This document shows positions 27,470 through 38,471 of a stretch of 64,000 nt of DNA, piece by piece. The notes beneath the pieces were generated by a model. That model was not told where the DNA came from and made no database searches. It saw nothing but the letters and a program-made list of their open reading frames with translations. The translations under genes and the position numbers were made by a program. The DNA lies in NCBI GenBank assembly GCA_963818475.1, contig CAWFSF010000006.1, positions 1,344,001 to 1,408,000 of the forward strand. The letters are read 5' to 3'. The stretch's first letter is position 1, and every line of letters starts with the position of its first letter. Source of the DNA: Nitrospirota bacterium (GTDB lineage Bacteria > Nitrospirota > UBA9217).

Positions 27470-29233
27470 TTAAGCCGCAGACCATCGTTCTGATACGCTG
27501 CCATACGAACCGCCAAAAATCCAAAAACGCGTTGTACTGGTCGCGGATCCGGCCGGTGTCGTCACCGTAATCCGGCTCGTCTGGGCGCCTTGAGGGACAA
27601 CTGCCCGAACCGAGGTATCCGACAGTACGACGAACGAAGCCTGGATCTGGCCGAATCTCACTGACGTTGTGCCTGACAGGCCTGTTCCAGTTATTGTTAC
27701 GGCTGTGCCCGTTCTTCCCCATGAAGGCGTAAATCCCGAAATAGTGGGGCTGACAATCTGGGTAACGGTGAAAGTGCTTGAACTCACAACTGATCCTGCG
27801 GAATTAGTAATTTCCAGAGGCCCGGTTGTTGCGCCGGCAGGGACCGTCGCCGTAAGCCGCGTGGGATAGTTAACAATAAAGCTTGAGGGTGTGCCGTTGA
27901 ACGTTACTGACAGGATATCGACAAAATTATTACCGGTCACCGTGACCTGAGTACCGACGTTTCCTGAAGCGGGTGAAAAACTCGTTATCTCGGGGAGCAT
28001 ATTGATAATCGTCGTCGGATTTTCAAAAAAGGCAAAGGTCTTGTCGTTCAAGTCTGAAAAAAAGATGTGTCCGGTGTGCGCAACAAGCAGCTGGTTGGAT
28101 ATCTCAAACAAGAAAGCCGCATATCCTGCTGGAATAGCCGTCCGCCACTCGGGAAGCCCGTCGCCGTTCGAATCTGACAATGCGGACGGCAGGAGAAAGT
28201 CATTGGCATCGAGCATTCCTTTTGCCTTCAGTCCGCTCTGGAGCAGCTGTGAATCGCCTTGCGACAGGCCGGGGATTCCCCAGAACCTGTCGGGATGCAC
28301 GGGAGTCGGCGCGAGTATCCATACCTGCGAAGCAATGCCGCGGTCAAGCAGCAGATCGAAGTTGACAAGCGCCCCTGTATTGTCTATTACATTGTCATTC
28401 CGGGCCTGAATAAAAATGGTCGGGCTCAATGTCGCAGCCAACGCTTCACGGTTGCCCCAGGAAATATAGGACGCCACCGCGTTCACGGCGAACGGCAAGG
28501 CTCCCTGCCCTGCCTGCTCCGCAACCATGGTTGCGAAGATGCCGCCGTAGGATATCCCCATGCAATAAACTGGATATTCAGCGCGTATTTTCCCTTCGGC
28601 CGTCAATTGAGTATGCACATGGGCCAGCCGCTGCATGTCGATATTGTCGACTGCAGCAGGGTGGTCCACATCCCAGAGCCCCCCTTTTCTCTCATAGCTT
28701 TCCAGAATTACTACGGCGAACCTGCGCGAAACAGCCTGGTCGACAAACCGGGTAACTTCGAGACTGCCGAGAAGGCCGGTTATGTCTCCCCCCATCCCAT
28801 GGAAAAGGTAAATAACACCGACCGGATTCTCGGGGAAATAGGACGCCAGGCGCGGCATTGCCCATCGCGGCGCATCCTTAAATTGCGCCGTAATGGTTAT
28901 GTTCTGCGACGGCATGACCAGCGTCGTTTCCTTTGCCATGATATCCGCGATTGCCGCGGTGTCACCGGTCCAGCGGTCGAAGATCCGCACAGGAACGGCA
29001 GCGTCCACCGGTTCGATAGTCAAAGTTGCCGGATCAGAAGTATCATACGGCGAGGCTGAAATATGGACGACAGATGCAGGTTCGTAAAATCCCCCTCCTC
29101 GCCCTTTATTCACGGTGAGTTCATAGGGCGCAGCATCGGCCCCTGAGACTGTCCCCGCAATATCTGTTAAAGAGAAGATGAATAGAGTAAAAAAAAACGA
29201 TAAAATCTGAAACCGTCTCAGCGATTGATTCAC
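27470..29233 (-). CDS. secreted alpha/beta-hydrolase with two IPT/TIG domains
   Basis: Signal peptide; LFHG; GISYGG; ITSFSPASG..GT.VTVTG.NF and ISGFTP..G..GT.VTITG repeats. Confidence 0.8.
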   Translation of the reverse strand: MNQSLRRFQILSFFFTLFIFSLTDIAGTVSGADAAPYELTVNKGRGGGFYEPASVVHISASPYDTSDPATLTIEPVDAAVPVRIFDRWTGDTAAIADIMAKETTLVMPSQNITITAQFKDAPRWAMPRLASYFPENPVGVIYLFHGMGGDITGLLGSLEVTRFVDQAVSRRFAVVILESYERKGGLWDVDHPAAVDNIDMQRLAHVHTQLTAEGKIRAEYPVYCMGISYGGIFATMVAEQAGQGALPFAVNAVASYISWGNREALAATLSPTIFIQARNDNVIDNTGALVNFDLLLDRGIASQVWILAPTPVHPDRFWGIPGLSQGDSQLLQSGLKAKGMLDANDFLLPSALSDSNGDGLPEWRTAIPAGYAAFLFEISNQLLVAHTGHIFFSDLNDKTFAFFENPTTIINMLPEITSFSPASGNVGTQVTVTGNNFVDILSVTFNGTPSSFIVNYPTRLTATVPAGATTGPLEITNSAGSVVSSSTFTVTQIVSPTISGFTPSWGRTGTAVTITGTGLSGTTSVRFGQIQASFVVLSDTSVRAVVPQGAQTSRITVTTPAGSATSTTRFWIFGGSYGSVSERWSAA

Positions 29234-29347
29234 CTCGGTTGCCCCCTTTAAACGGGTTTGGAACGGAAATTACTCCACTTTTAATCCAGGTAAATCTGAA
29301 TTCCCGATAGAGACTTCCAGTGACGACGAAAAAATGTCGTTGCAGCG

Positions 29348-30317
29348 TTACGAAGGAGACAGGAATCCCCAGACTGCTTTTTGCAGCGCGTCCAGGCCTT
29401 GCTCCGAATCAACTCTCAGCAGCTTGATTGAGTCTTCGCAGAACGACCATTTTGTGATCGAACCGTCCGTAATCGCAGAGGCATCGCCGTCCTGCACCAA
29501 TTCGGCGCAACGCTTCGACACCCTGGTCTGCAAAAAATACCGTTCACCGATGACAACGGGGTCGACAAATGCTTCAGGCGCCAGCATCAGGTCCTGATTG
29601 ATCGTCCACGTCGGTGGCCTCCCAGTTGTCGCGGACTCCCAGCACGGCGTCCGCTGAACGAACAATGCCGAGATAGGGTTTTGCTTCAGCAGGCGAACAC
29701 TGGGTCGATGGTTCGAGAAACCGTTGTGACGGCGGACCGCCGATGGCTATATACCCGTCGAATAATTCCGGCGCCTCACACCAGATGCGGTTTACCATCA
29801 TGCCCCCGGTGGAGTGACCGACAATATAAAAGCGGGTGATATTATACCGGGAGGAAATAGACGCGACCAGTTCGCGGATAAATGCCATATCATCCTGGCC
29901 GCTGTCCGTCACATAATTGTTCCAGGTATATGCTTCGGGCGCGGCCGGGATAGCCTGGCCCTGGGGAAAAACAGCCAATGCCCTGTTCGCAAGCAGCACC
30001 TCCTCATTGACAGCGCTGTAGTCTGCATCCACATCGTTCAGGTTTATTCCGAATTGATACGCGGCATGGTGTTTGTCTGCGCCGCCTCCATGCAGGAAAA
30101 TAATGGCTTTATTTGCATTGGTCGCGCGGTAAATATCGAACCCTTGCGGAGCAGTAGGGAGTGTTTGATCGGGTTCCACGATCACTCCGGCCGTGGCGCC
30201 GACGACGTTTTCCGACTTCGACTCTGAACTGCAACCACACATGATGAGAAAAACCGACAACATACTTACCATCCAGATTCCGCTGCCTGATAACCGTGCT
30301 CTATTCTTCTTGTTCAT
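29348..30317 (-). CDS. lipoprotein esterase, paralog of 22162-23166 (frameshift near 29600)
   Basis: FLHGGG, GHSTGGMM; C-terminus continues in ORF 29348-29665 (DPVVIGERY..., WSFCEDSIKLLR). Confidence 0.75.
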
Positions 30318-30443
30318 GATCTATTTCTCCTCTCAGATTATAGGGGCGAGAGGTCAACCTCCCACCCTGCTTCAAACCAACGTTTAACCGCTTCTCAAAC
30401 TTCATGTCCCGGACCACCAGTGATTGCCGTCCAAGGCTGCCTT

Positions 30444-33332
30444 TTACGACTGTTCCAGGACCTCCAGATAAAAGTCCGTGGTCTTTACGAGAGCGCCTGC
30501 CGTCCCGGTAACCGTTATTCCATACACGCCGGCCGGGGTAGCGACTGACGTAGTAATCGTGAGACTTGTTGTGCACGCCGGGGAGCACGAGTCAAGCGAG
30601 AATAACGATGTAGCTCCGTCCGGAAGCCCCGAGATCAAAAAGGTAACGGCCTGCGTGTCTCCGGAAACCAGCACGGCGCTGATCGTACTGTCACGGGGAC
30701 TTCCCTTTACAACGGATTTATCTCCATCGTTGGAAAGCGAGAAATCGAATTGCGGCGGAACTGTCTTTGTGAATGTAGCAACTGCTATGCTGCTCGGCTG
30801 GTAGCCTCCTAAAAATGCTCTGGTCTTCACTGTCGTCGTATCCGTGAGAACGATCGGAGACCCATACAGTGCCGAACTTTCCGTCGGATCGGAACCGTCG
30901 AGCGTATAGTAGATCGATGACCCGGCTGTGGAACCGGAGATCGAAACAGTAGCAGAATCAATAAATGTTCCGCCCGCAGGGTCTATAACCGGCGCGTCAA
31001 GCAGCGGAGGAGGTATTTTTGTAAACAGGACCGTCACGATACCGCTCGGCAGATACCCTGACAGAAATGCCCCGGCCTTTACCGTCACCGTATCCGTAAG
31101 AACGATCGGCGACTCATACAGTGCCGAGCTTTCCGTCGGATCGGAACCGTCAAGCGTATAGCGGATTGCAGCCCCGGCTGTGGCCACAGAAATCGAAACA
31201 GGAACAGAATCAATGAATGTGCCGCCGGCAGGGTCTATAACCGGCGCGTCAAGCTGCGGAGGAACGGTTTTGGTAAACGTGGCGTTTGTTATGTTGCTCG
31301 GCAGATACCCTGCCAGAAATGCACTGGCCTTAACCGTCGCCGTTTCGGTAAGAACGAACGGGGATTCATAAAGATAAGAACTTTCTATCGGATCAGAACC
31401 GTCGAGCGTATAGCGGATTGCGGCTCCTTCTGTCGGCACGGAGATCGAAACTGCGACGGCATCCGTGAACGGCCCGCCGTCCGGGTTTATTGCAGGCATC
31501 CCCAGCGGCACTGCTTTGGTGAAGGTAAAGGCTGCTGAAGCGCTCGGCAGATAGCCTCCTAAAAATGCTCTCGCCTTTACCGTCGTTGTCCCCGTCAGCA
31601 CAATTGGGGAGACATAGGGCTTGGAGGTTTGTGTAGGTTCCGACCCGTCAAGCGTGTAGTAGATTGACGACCCGATTATGTTCGCGGAGAGCGAAACGGT
31701 GACTGAATCCGTGAACGTGCCGCCCTCGGGCGATATAAACGGCGCATCGAGGCTGGTTGTGGGCGCGGCATACAGAAGTTCCCTGAGCTCCCAGCCTGGG
31801 TCTGAACCCAGGTTCGCGTAGCTTGCCATGCCGCAGAAAAGTGTGTTGCCGTCCGCCGATGCCTCCATGGTACGGATACCGTAGTTCCGGTAATCACCCA
31901 ACCCGGAGCCGTCTTCCCGTACAGCCGGCAGATTCGAAGAGTCAAAGCGCCACAGGTCAGTGCCGGTAAGATCGAGAGTCCCGATAAAAAGCCTTCCATT
32001 TGCTACCTGCATTTCCCATGTATAGGAGTTGTATCTGTTGCCGAATCCTGATGTGCCGTAAAGTGGTGTATAGCCGCCTAGATTCGGCGTCAGATCGAAC
32101 TGCCTGGTTGTCGAATTGAATTTCGGGAGTTCGGCTTCCCCGTACAGAAGCTGGATCTCCGGGTTCGTGTTTTCCACGTTCCTGGCCCTCCAGATTGAGG
32201 TCGACCTCGATGTGCCAGCAGAGAGCGTTGATGATTCTTCCGGGCTCTGCGGCTGACCAAAGCAGACACGCGGGTAGGTGCAGTGTTCATGAAGGTAAGC
32301 GCCTCTCCCCGGGATATGCATCGTTCCCCAGTAGAGCCAGCCGTCGAACTGGTAGAGAGAGCCCCCTCCATAGCCATAACTGGTCATATAGTCGGGATCG
32401 TAATTTTGCGGAGTCCATACCGATTTCCAGTATGCCGTACTTTGCGTCAGACCCTGCGGCAGTTCGATTGCCGGGCTGACCCAGAGACCGCTTGCAGTCA
32501 CTGCTATCCTGGCTTTGCCGTCCGTGCCCCGGTACTCGGCGAGTTCCCGTGGGACCCCGTTCACCATTCCTACGGTCACGAACTTCCAGACATCGGTCTT
32601 CGTGCCGTACCAGCGGAAAATCCTGCCCGGCTTGCCGTCTATCCCCATGCCGGTATAGAGCTTGTTATTCACCACCACCCACTTCCGTATTGTCCCGCCA
32701 TAAGGAAACACATGGGACCCGAGATACTGCTTCGTATTCGCGTCAAAGGCGAACATGTAGACGGCGGGCCCGCTCGCAGCCCCCCCGGCAAGGAAAACCA
32801 CCCCGTTATGCGACCCGGCGGAGCGGAACCCCATGATCTGTTTCAACAGCGGATCATCCGGAGTCCGATCAATGAGTGTCCGGGTGACCAGGTCGTATTC
32901 GAATACTTTCGGGGGCCTGACGTCGCCGTTTATATCTATAAGGAGACCTTCCCTCGCAAGCTGGCTTTCGCCGTACTCACAAACAGTGGACGAGCTGTTC
33001 ACTACATCATCACCCGCGCCGACGTACAGCGCCGTCGTAGTGCAATATACGTTCGGCCCTGTGCCGAACCAGAGACTGTCACCCTGCCTCGTCAGCCCCC
33101 AGAGATAGGTCTGATTTGTTTTTTCAACGCTGCCCGTGGGGCAAGGCGGCCCCGCTGTCGGACTGTATCCGGCTATCCCGTTCGGATAATCAATGCCCGG
33201 CCCGGCATAGCATTCATCCGGCTGGGCCTTGCCCAGGATCATGTTTGACAACCACGTGCCGGCATCCGCGTTTCCGCAGGCAAGAAACAGCAGGATGAAA
33301 CACGGCAACAGTAACAGTATCAGTTTCTTCAT
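30444..33332 (-). CDS. secreted beta-propeller protein with four chitobiase/Fn3-associated (CHB_HEX_C-like) repeats and a final Ig-like domain
   Basis: Signal peptide; GFGNRYNSYTW, NYGIRTM; four P.I.P.GG.F.D.V.VS.....IYYTLDGS.P units. Confidence 0.8.
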   Translation of the reverse strand: MKKLILLLLPCFILLFLACGNADAGTWLSNMILGKAQPDECYAGPGIDYPNGIAGYSPTAGPPCPTGSVEKTNQTYLWGLTRQGDSLWFGTGPNVYCTTTALYVGAGDDVVNSSSTVCEYGESQLAREGLLIDINGDVRPPKVFEYDLVTRTLIDRTPDDPLLKQIMGFRSAGSHNGVVFLAGGAASGPAVYMFAFDANTKQYLGSHVFPYGGTIRKWVVVNNKLYTGMGIDGKPGRIFRWYGTKTDVWKFVTVGMVNGVPRELAEYRGTDGKARIAVTASGLWVSPAIELPQGLTQSTAYWKSVWTPQNYDPDYMTSYGYGGGSLYQFDGWLYWGTMHIPGRGAYLHEHCTYPRVCFGQPQSPEESSTLSAGTSRSTSIWRARNVENTNPEIQLLYGEAELPKFNSTTRQFDLTPNLGGYTPLYGTSGFGNRYNSYTWEMQVANGRLFIGTLDLTGTDLWRFDSSNLPAVREDGSGLGDYRNYGIRTMEASADGNTLFCGMASYANLGSDPGWELRELLYAAPTTSLDAPFISPEGGTFTDSVTVSLSANIIGSSIYYTLDGSEPTQTSKPYVSPIVLTGTTTVKARAFLGGYLPSASAAFTFTKAVPLGMPAINPDGGPFTDAVAVSISVPTEGAAIRYTLDGSDPIESSYLYESPFVLTETATVKASAFLAGYLPSNITNATFTKTVPPQLDAPVIDPAGGTFIDSVPVSISVATAGAAIRYTLDGSDPTESSALYESPIVLTDTVTVKAGAFLSGYLPSGIVTVLFTKIPPPLLDAPVIDPAGGTFIDSATVSISGSTAGSSIYYTLDGSDPTESSALYGSPIVLTDTTTVKTRAFLGGYQPSSIAVATFTKTVPPQFDFSLSNDGDKSVVKGSPRDSTISAVLVSGDTQAVTFLISGLPDGATSLFSLDSCSPACTTSLTITTSVATPAGVYGITVTGTAGALVKTTDFYLEVLEQS

Positions 33333-33425
33333 ATCTTTCTCCTTTGTTGAATGTTCCTTGCTTGCGGCGTTCTCTGGCCTCTGTGTCCCCCCGGTTCCAG
33401 GTTGTTTTACGTCATCGCATCCGGC

Positions 33426-35495
33426 TCACTTTTTATTCGTGAATCTCGTGGTTGCTATTGCGCTCGGCAGCAAGCCTTCGGCAAATGCCTTTGCTTTAAC
33501 CCTCGTTGTGGCGGTCAGTATGATCGGGGACCCGTAGCGGGAAGAGGTTTCTGTCGGATCGGAGTCGTCCAGCGTATAGTAAATTGAAGCTCCGGGTGTG
33601 GAATCGGAAATCGAGACGGTGACGGAACCCGTGAACGCGCCACCATTGGGGCTTATTACCGGCGTGTCCACTTGCGATGTTTTGGTAAATGAAGCGGTTG
33701 CTATATCGCTCGACAGATAGCCCCCTAAAAATGCCCTCGCCTTTACCGTGGTTGTTTCGGACAGAATGATCGGAGATTTATAGGGATTCGAGGTTTGCGT
33801 CGGTTCGGAACCGTCGAGCGTATAGTAAATTGACGAACCGATTTCGGCATTGGCGACCGAAACAGTCACGGTGCCGATGAACATTCCCGCGCCGGGGCTG
33901 ACAACAGGTGTGCTCAGTTTGACCGTCGGCGCCGGGTAAACGAGTTCGCGAAGCTCCCAACCCGCGTTCGATCCGAGATTCGCGTAGCTTGCCATGCCGC
34001 AAAACAGTGTGTTGCCGTCGGGTGACGACTCCATGGTGCGAATACCGTATTTGCGGTAATCACCAAATCCTGACCCATCCTCCCGTACTGCCGGCAGATT
34101 CGAGGAATCAAAGCGCCACAGATCAGTGCCGGTAATATCGAGAGTGCCTATGAACAACCTGCCGTTTGCAACCTGCATTTCCCAGGTATAGGAATTGTAC
34201 CTGTTGCCGAATCCCGACGAGCCGTACAGCGGCACATAGCCGCCTACGTTGTTCGCCAGGTCGAATGTCCGTGTGGTCGGGTTGAATTTCGGAAGCTCGG
34301 CTTCCCCGTACAGAAGCTGGATCTCCGGGTTCGTGCTTTCCAGGTTCCTGGCCCTCCAGATGGTGGTCGACCTCGATGTGCCTGCAGAGAGCGTGGCTTC
34401 CTCTTCCGGGCTCTGCGGCGGACCGAAGCAGACGTTCGGGTAGGTGCATTGTTCATGGAGGTAAGCTCCCCGGCCGGGGATGTGCATCGTACCCCAGTAG
34501 AGCCAGCCGTCGAACTGGTAGAGAGAGCCCCCTCCATAGCTATAACTGGTCATATAGTCGGGATCGTAATTTTGCGGGGTCCATACCGGTTTCCAGTACG
34601 CTGTACTTTGCGTCAAGCCCTGAGACAATTCGATAGCCGGGCTGACCCAAAGGCCGCTTGCAGTCACTGCTATCCTGGCTTTGCCGTCCGTGCCCCTGTA
34701 CTCGGCAATCTCTCTCGGAACTCCGTCCACGGTGCCCACAACCACGAACTTCCAGATATCGGTCTTCGTGCCATACCAGCGGAAAATCCTGCCGGGCTTG
34801 CCGTCTATACCCATGCCGGTGTACAACTTGTTATTTACCACCACCCACTTCCGTATCGTCCCTCCATAGGGAAAGAGGTATGATCCAAGATACTGTTTTG
34901 TGTCTGCATCAAAGGCTAACATAATGAGACTGGGCCCGCTCGTAGACCCCCCGGCCAGGAAGACCACTCCGTTATGCGATCCGGCCGAGCGGAACCCCAT
35001 CATCTGGTTCAGCAGCGGCTCAACCGGCGTTCTATCGATGAGTGTGCGGGTAACCAGGTCGTATTCGTAGACTTTCGGCGGCCTTACATCCCCGACTTTC
35101 GCGTCAACGAGACCTTGCCTTGCAAGCTGGCTTTCCCCGTATTCACAGACAGAAGACGAGCCGTCCACCGGTTCATCACCCGCGCCCACATACAGCGCCG
35201 TCGTGGTGCAATATACGTTCGGCCCGGTGCCGAACCAGAGGCTGTTCCCCTGCCTCGTCAGCCCCCACACGTACGTTTGATTTGTTTTTTCGACACTGCC
35301 CAATGGGCAGAGCGGTCCTGCTGTCGGACTGTATCCGGCTATCCCGTTCGGATAATCCACTCCGGGCCCGGCATAGCATTCATCCGGCTGGGCCTTGCCC
35401 AGTATCGTGTTCGATAACCACGTGCCCGCATCGGCTCTTTCGCAGGCAAAAAGCAGGAAGAACAACGTTAAAAGGAGGATTTTTCTCATTTTCAT
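33426..35495 (-). CDS. secreted beta-propeller protein with two CHB_HEX_C-like repeats
   Basis: N-terminal ~520 aa closely match 30444-33332; two IYYTLD units. Confidence 0.8.
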   Translation of the reverse strand: MKMRKILLLTLFFLLFACERADAGTWLSNTILGKAQPDECYAGPGVDYPNGIAGYSPTAGPLCPLGSVEKTNQTYVWGLTRQGNSLWFGTGPNVYCTTTALYVGAGDEPVDGSSSVCEYGESQLARQGLVDAKVGDVRPPKVYEYDLVTRTLIDRTPVEPLLNQMMGFRSAGSHNGVVFLAGGSTSGPSLIMLAFDADTKQYLGSYLFPYGGTIRKWVVVNNKLYTGMGIDGKPGRIFRWYGTKTDIWKFVVVGTVDGVPREIAEYRGTDGKARIAVTASGLWVSPAIELSQGLTQSTAYWKPVWTPQNYDPDYMTSYSYGGGSLYQFDGWLYWGTMHIPGRGAYLHEQCTYPNVCFGPPQSPEEEATLSAGTSRSTTIWRARNLESTNPEIQLLYGEAELPKFNPTTRTFDLANNVGGYVPLYGSSGFGNRYNSYTWEMQVANGRLFIGTLDITGTDLWRFDSSNLPAVREDGSGFGDYRKYGIRTMESSPDGNTLFCGMASYANLGSNAGWELRELVYPAPTVKLSTPVVSPGAGMFIGTVTVSVANAEIGSSIYYTLDGSEPTQTSNPYKSPIILSETTTVKARAFLGGYLSSDIATASFTKTSQVDTPVISPNGGAFTGSVTVSISDSTPGASIYYTLDDSDPTETSSRYGSPIILTATTRVKAKAFAEGLLPSAIATTRFTNKK

Positions 35496-35704
35496 TTCTC
35501 CCTTCAGAAATGAATCATTTCCTCGTCTTTATAAGCATGCATCTGACATTTTGAGCCGAATTTCTTTGAAATAAATTCGGAGGCATGAATTCTTTTATGC
35601 CTCGGAATCTCGACGGTTCAAAGATTTTATTTACTTCATTGTCTGAGACAAAGCTCTATATCCGATCAGCCGCTTCACTTCGGCGCAAGGCGCGCCGATT
35701 AATA

Positions 35705-36589
35705 CTAATTGCAGGAACCAGGACCCGTGACACCTTCATTGTAGTTCGTCAACGCAGTAACGAGAGCACTTGTTGCGGAAGGCGACAGATAACCCGAGCC
35801 GACAGGCGGAACCACGAGGCTGCCGATGAGAGCATCAGCGGCTGCGACCGCGCCGGCAATGGCGCCTCCATCAGCACCGCTCGCGATGTTCAGTTTTGCG
35901 GCGATCAAATGGTGCGCAAGGATAAGCAGCCCGTTGGCCGAATCCCCGTCTACCGCCGGCATGTTGAGAATGGCGACGAGCTGTGAAACGTCGTAACCCA
36001 CGGTTCCCAGCGTTAAACTCTGGACGGGCCAGGTGATGCAGAGGGGGCTCTCGGGATTAGTGCATCCGAGTGTCGGGTTATGCGTTTTCCAATATCCCGG
36101 GGTCCGGGTGCAAAGGTCACAAGTCCTGCAGGGCCGCGTACTGCAGGTATGTTCTTCGCTCCAGGCGCTTCGGCACATTAACAGTGTCTTATGCGCGAAT
36201 GCGCGGAAGACATAATCCGTACCGCAGGTGAGCGCATCTTTGCAGTTCGATATCCGGCATCTGTCGAAGAGCGATTCTCCGATATTTACCGTTCTGCACG
36301 CACCAGGGGCGAGATACCCTCCGAACCATGCCTTGCACAGGTTTGGGTCATCCGGGTCGCGCCAACCATTCTCCTGAAAATCGGCCAGCGTCTCCCACTG
36401 GAGAGAGAAGCCTGTGGGCGCGCCGGTATCGCCTGCGCAAACCTTTACGAAGATCGATGTTTGCGTGCTCCACGGGCAGGTTATGGCCGGGGTATCCACT
36501 TTCGCCGTCAAGTCGCCTGCGAAAGCCGGGACTGCAAGCAGAGCGATGATGATTGAAGCGAAAATCCCATAGCGTATGTTTTTATACAC
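35705..36589 (-). CDS. secreted Cys-rich hypothetical protein
   Basis: AGGAGG plus GTG start; signal peptide ending AFA; many Cys; TPGYWKTH; LIAAKLNIA. Confidence 0.65.
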   Translation of the reverse strand: MYKNIRYGIFASIIIALLAVPAFAGDLTAKVDTPAITCPWSTQTSIFVKVCAGDTGAPTGFSLQWETLADFQENGWRDPDDPNLCKAWFGGYLAPGACRTVNIGESLFDRCRISNCKDALTCGTDYVFRAFAHKTLLMCRSAWSEEHTCSTRPCRTCDLCTRTPGYWKTHNPTLGCTNPESPLCITWPVQSLTLGTVGYDVSQLVAILNMPAVDGDSANGLLILAHHLIAAKLNIASGADGGAIAGAVAAADALIGSLVVPPVGSGYLSPSATSALVTALTNYNEGVTGPGSCN

Positions 36590-36678
36590 GTTTACCTCCT
36601 CTTTGATCGCCGGAGCAGCATTCCGGTGAACATACGCGCCTTGCGTCGGAGTGAAACGGCTGATAAATCCGATCAACT

Positions 36679-36745
36679 GCGGAGCCGCAGAGGGCCGTGG
36701 AGAAAACCATTCAACAGGTCTTATCTCCGCGTCTCCCGGCTCCGC
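36679..36745. repeat. intergenic imperfect palindrome
   Basis: GCGGAGCCG...CGGCTCCGC with inner GGAGA/TCTCC; shares TCTCCGCGTCTC with ~58045-58056. Confidence 0.55.
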
Positions 36746-36755
36746 GTCAGATTAT

Positions 36756-38471
36756 CTATTCAAATTTCAATGCCCGAATTTCCCATCCCGGCCCAAACCT
36801 GGTGGTCGAAGCATTGCCGACCAGGTTGACGTTTGTTGCCATTCCGAGATAAAGAGTTTGTCCGTCTGCAGATACTGCCATGGTGCGGATGCCGTAATTG
36901 TTGCGATCGCCCACGCCGTTGCCGTCTTCGCGTTTCGCCGGTGTAGCGGAGTTATCAATGCGCCACAGGTCCACGCCGCCGCCTGAATCGTACGTGCCGA
37001 TAAACAGCTTTCCGGCCGCTACATCCATGGTCCAGGTATATGAGTTGTACATGTTGGGGCTTATTGTTTCGTTGGGGTCTGTGTCTTCATAACCGGAGTG
37101 GCCGTACAGCGGGGTCCAGCCGGTGGAGACCGTCTCAAAACTCCGTGTGCCGGCAGTGTACATCGGGAGTTCGGATTCCCCGTACAGCAGTTGGATCTCC
37201 GGGGTTGCGCTTTCCAGGTTCCGGCCCCTCCAGAGGGTCGTTGCCCTCCATGTTCCGTTAAGGAGTTCGTTCTCTTCAGCATCGTTTTGAGGTTCGCCGT
37301 AGCAAGGCCAATACGATCCGTACGTACAGTTCTCATGCAGATATCCAGCCCTGTAGGGAACCATCGTCGTGCCCCAGTAGAGCCAGCCGTCGAACTGGTG
37401 AATCCCTCCTCCGCCGTAACCCACCCTCGATGTCTGGTCGGGTTCATAACTCCACGGTGACCATTTCATACTCCAGGTCGCTGTGCTTGTAGGAAGCCCA
37501 TAGGCGCTCGTTATTGGCGGGCTGAGGTATACATTTTGAGAAATGGTAGCTATTCTCGACCGGCCGCTGTTGTCTACATACTCGGCCAACTCCCGCGGAT
37601 GTCCTATCACACGCCCGACCGTCACGAAGCTGAAGGGGTTGCTGACGCTCCCGGTCCAACGAAGCATATAGCCATAATTAAAAAAACTGCCTCCATTCAT
37701 GGCGTCCGACCCGACGGCCGTATAGAGCCTGTTCTTTACAACCAGCCACTTCCGGATCGACATGTTGGATGTGCCCCAGGTAGTGAACCTGTACGACCCG
37801 AGATACTGCTTCGTGGTTGCGTTGAAAGCAAACATGATGATGCCGCCGCCGACACGGGCGCCTCCGGCGAAGAAAACCACTCCATTGTGGGAACCGGCCG
37901 AACGGATCCCCATGACCTGTTTTAGCAAAGGATCGCTCGTGGGCGTTCGATCGATGATCGTGCCGGTGCCGGTGCCGTCCGATGCAAGGATATATTCGTA
38001 CATTTTTGGCGGCCGAAAGTCGCCTCGTCCCGGACTGGTTACGATGCCCTTCCTGTAAACCATGCTGTCTCCGTATTCGCACACGCTCCGGCTGCCTTCA
38101 TCCCCTTCTTCGTACCCTATGTACATGTTTGCAGTGGTGCAGTATACATTCGCCCCCGTTCCGAACCAGAGACTGTCACCGGACCGCGTGAGCCCCCATA
38201 CATATGTCTGGTTATACTTCTCCTTGACGGCAACCTCCTGACCGTTCGGGTAGCTCGGGGTCGGGCTGGTGATTACGGTCGCGGGACAGGGCGGTCCCGC
38301 CAGCGCGTTGTACCCCGAGATCCCGTTGGGGTAATCAATGCCCAGCCCGGCATAGCATTCGTCGGGCGGAGCTTCCGCCAGCACATTGTTTATCGTGAAA
38401 GTCGGTTCAGCGCTCGCCGCACTTAAGAATGCTAAAAGCAAAAAACAAGAAAATAAAATCGACTTTTTCAT
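36756..38471 (-). CDS. secreted beta-propeller protein, third paralog, no repeat tail
   Basis: Signal peptide; PDECYAG, NQTYVWGL, RSAGSHNG, YNSYTW, NYGIRTM. Confidence 0.8.
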   Translation of the reverse strand: MKKSILFSCFLLLAFLSAASAEPTFTINNVLAEAPPDECYAGLGIDYPNGISGYNALAGPPCPATVITSPTPSYPNGQEVAVKEKYNQTYVWGLTRSGDSLWFGTGANVYCTTANMYIGYEEGDEGSRSVCEYGDSMVYRKGIVTSPGRGDFRPPKMYEYILASDGTGTGTIIDRTPTSDPLLKQVMGIRSAGSHNGVVFFAGGARVGGGIIMFAFNATTKQYLGSYRFTTWGTSNMSIRKWLVVKNRLYTAVGSDAMNGGSFFNYGYMLRWTGSVSNPFSFVTVGRVIGHPRELAEYVDNSGRSRIATISQNVYLSPPITSAYGLPTSTATWSMKWSPWSYEPDQTSRVGYGGGGIHQFDGWLYWGTTMVPYRAGYLHENCTYGSYWPCYGEPQNDAEENELLNGTWRATTLWRGRNLESATPEIQLLYGESELPMYTAGTRSFETVSTGWTPLYGHSGYEDTDPNETISPNMYNSYTWTMDVAAGKLFIGTYDSGGGVDLWRIDNSATPAKREDGNGVGDRNNYGIRTMAVSADGQTLYLGMATNVNLVGNASTTRFGPGWEIRALKFE

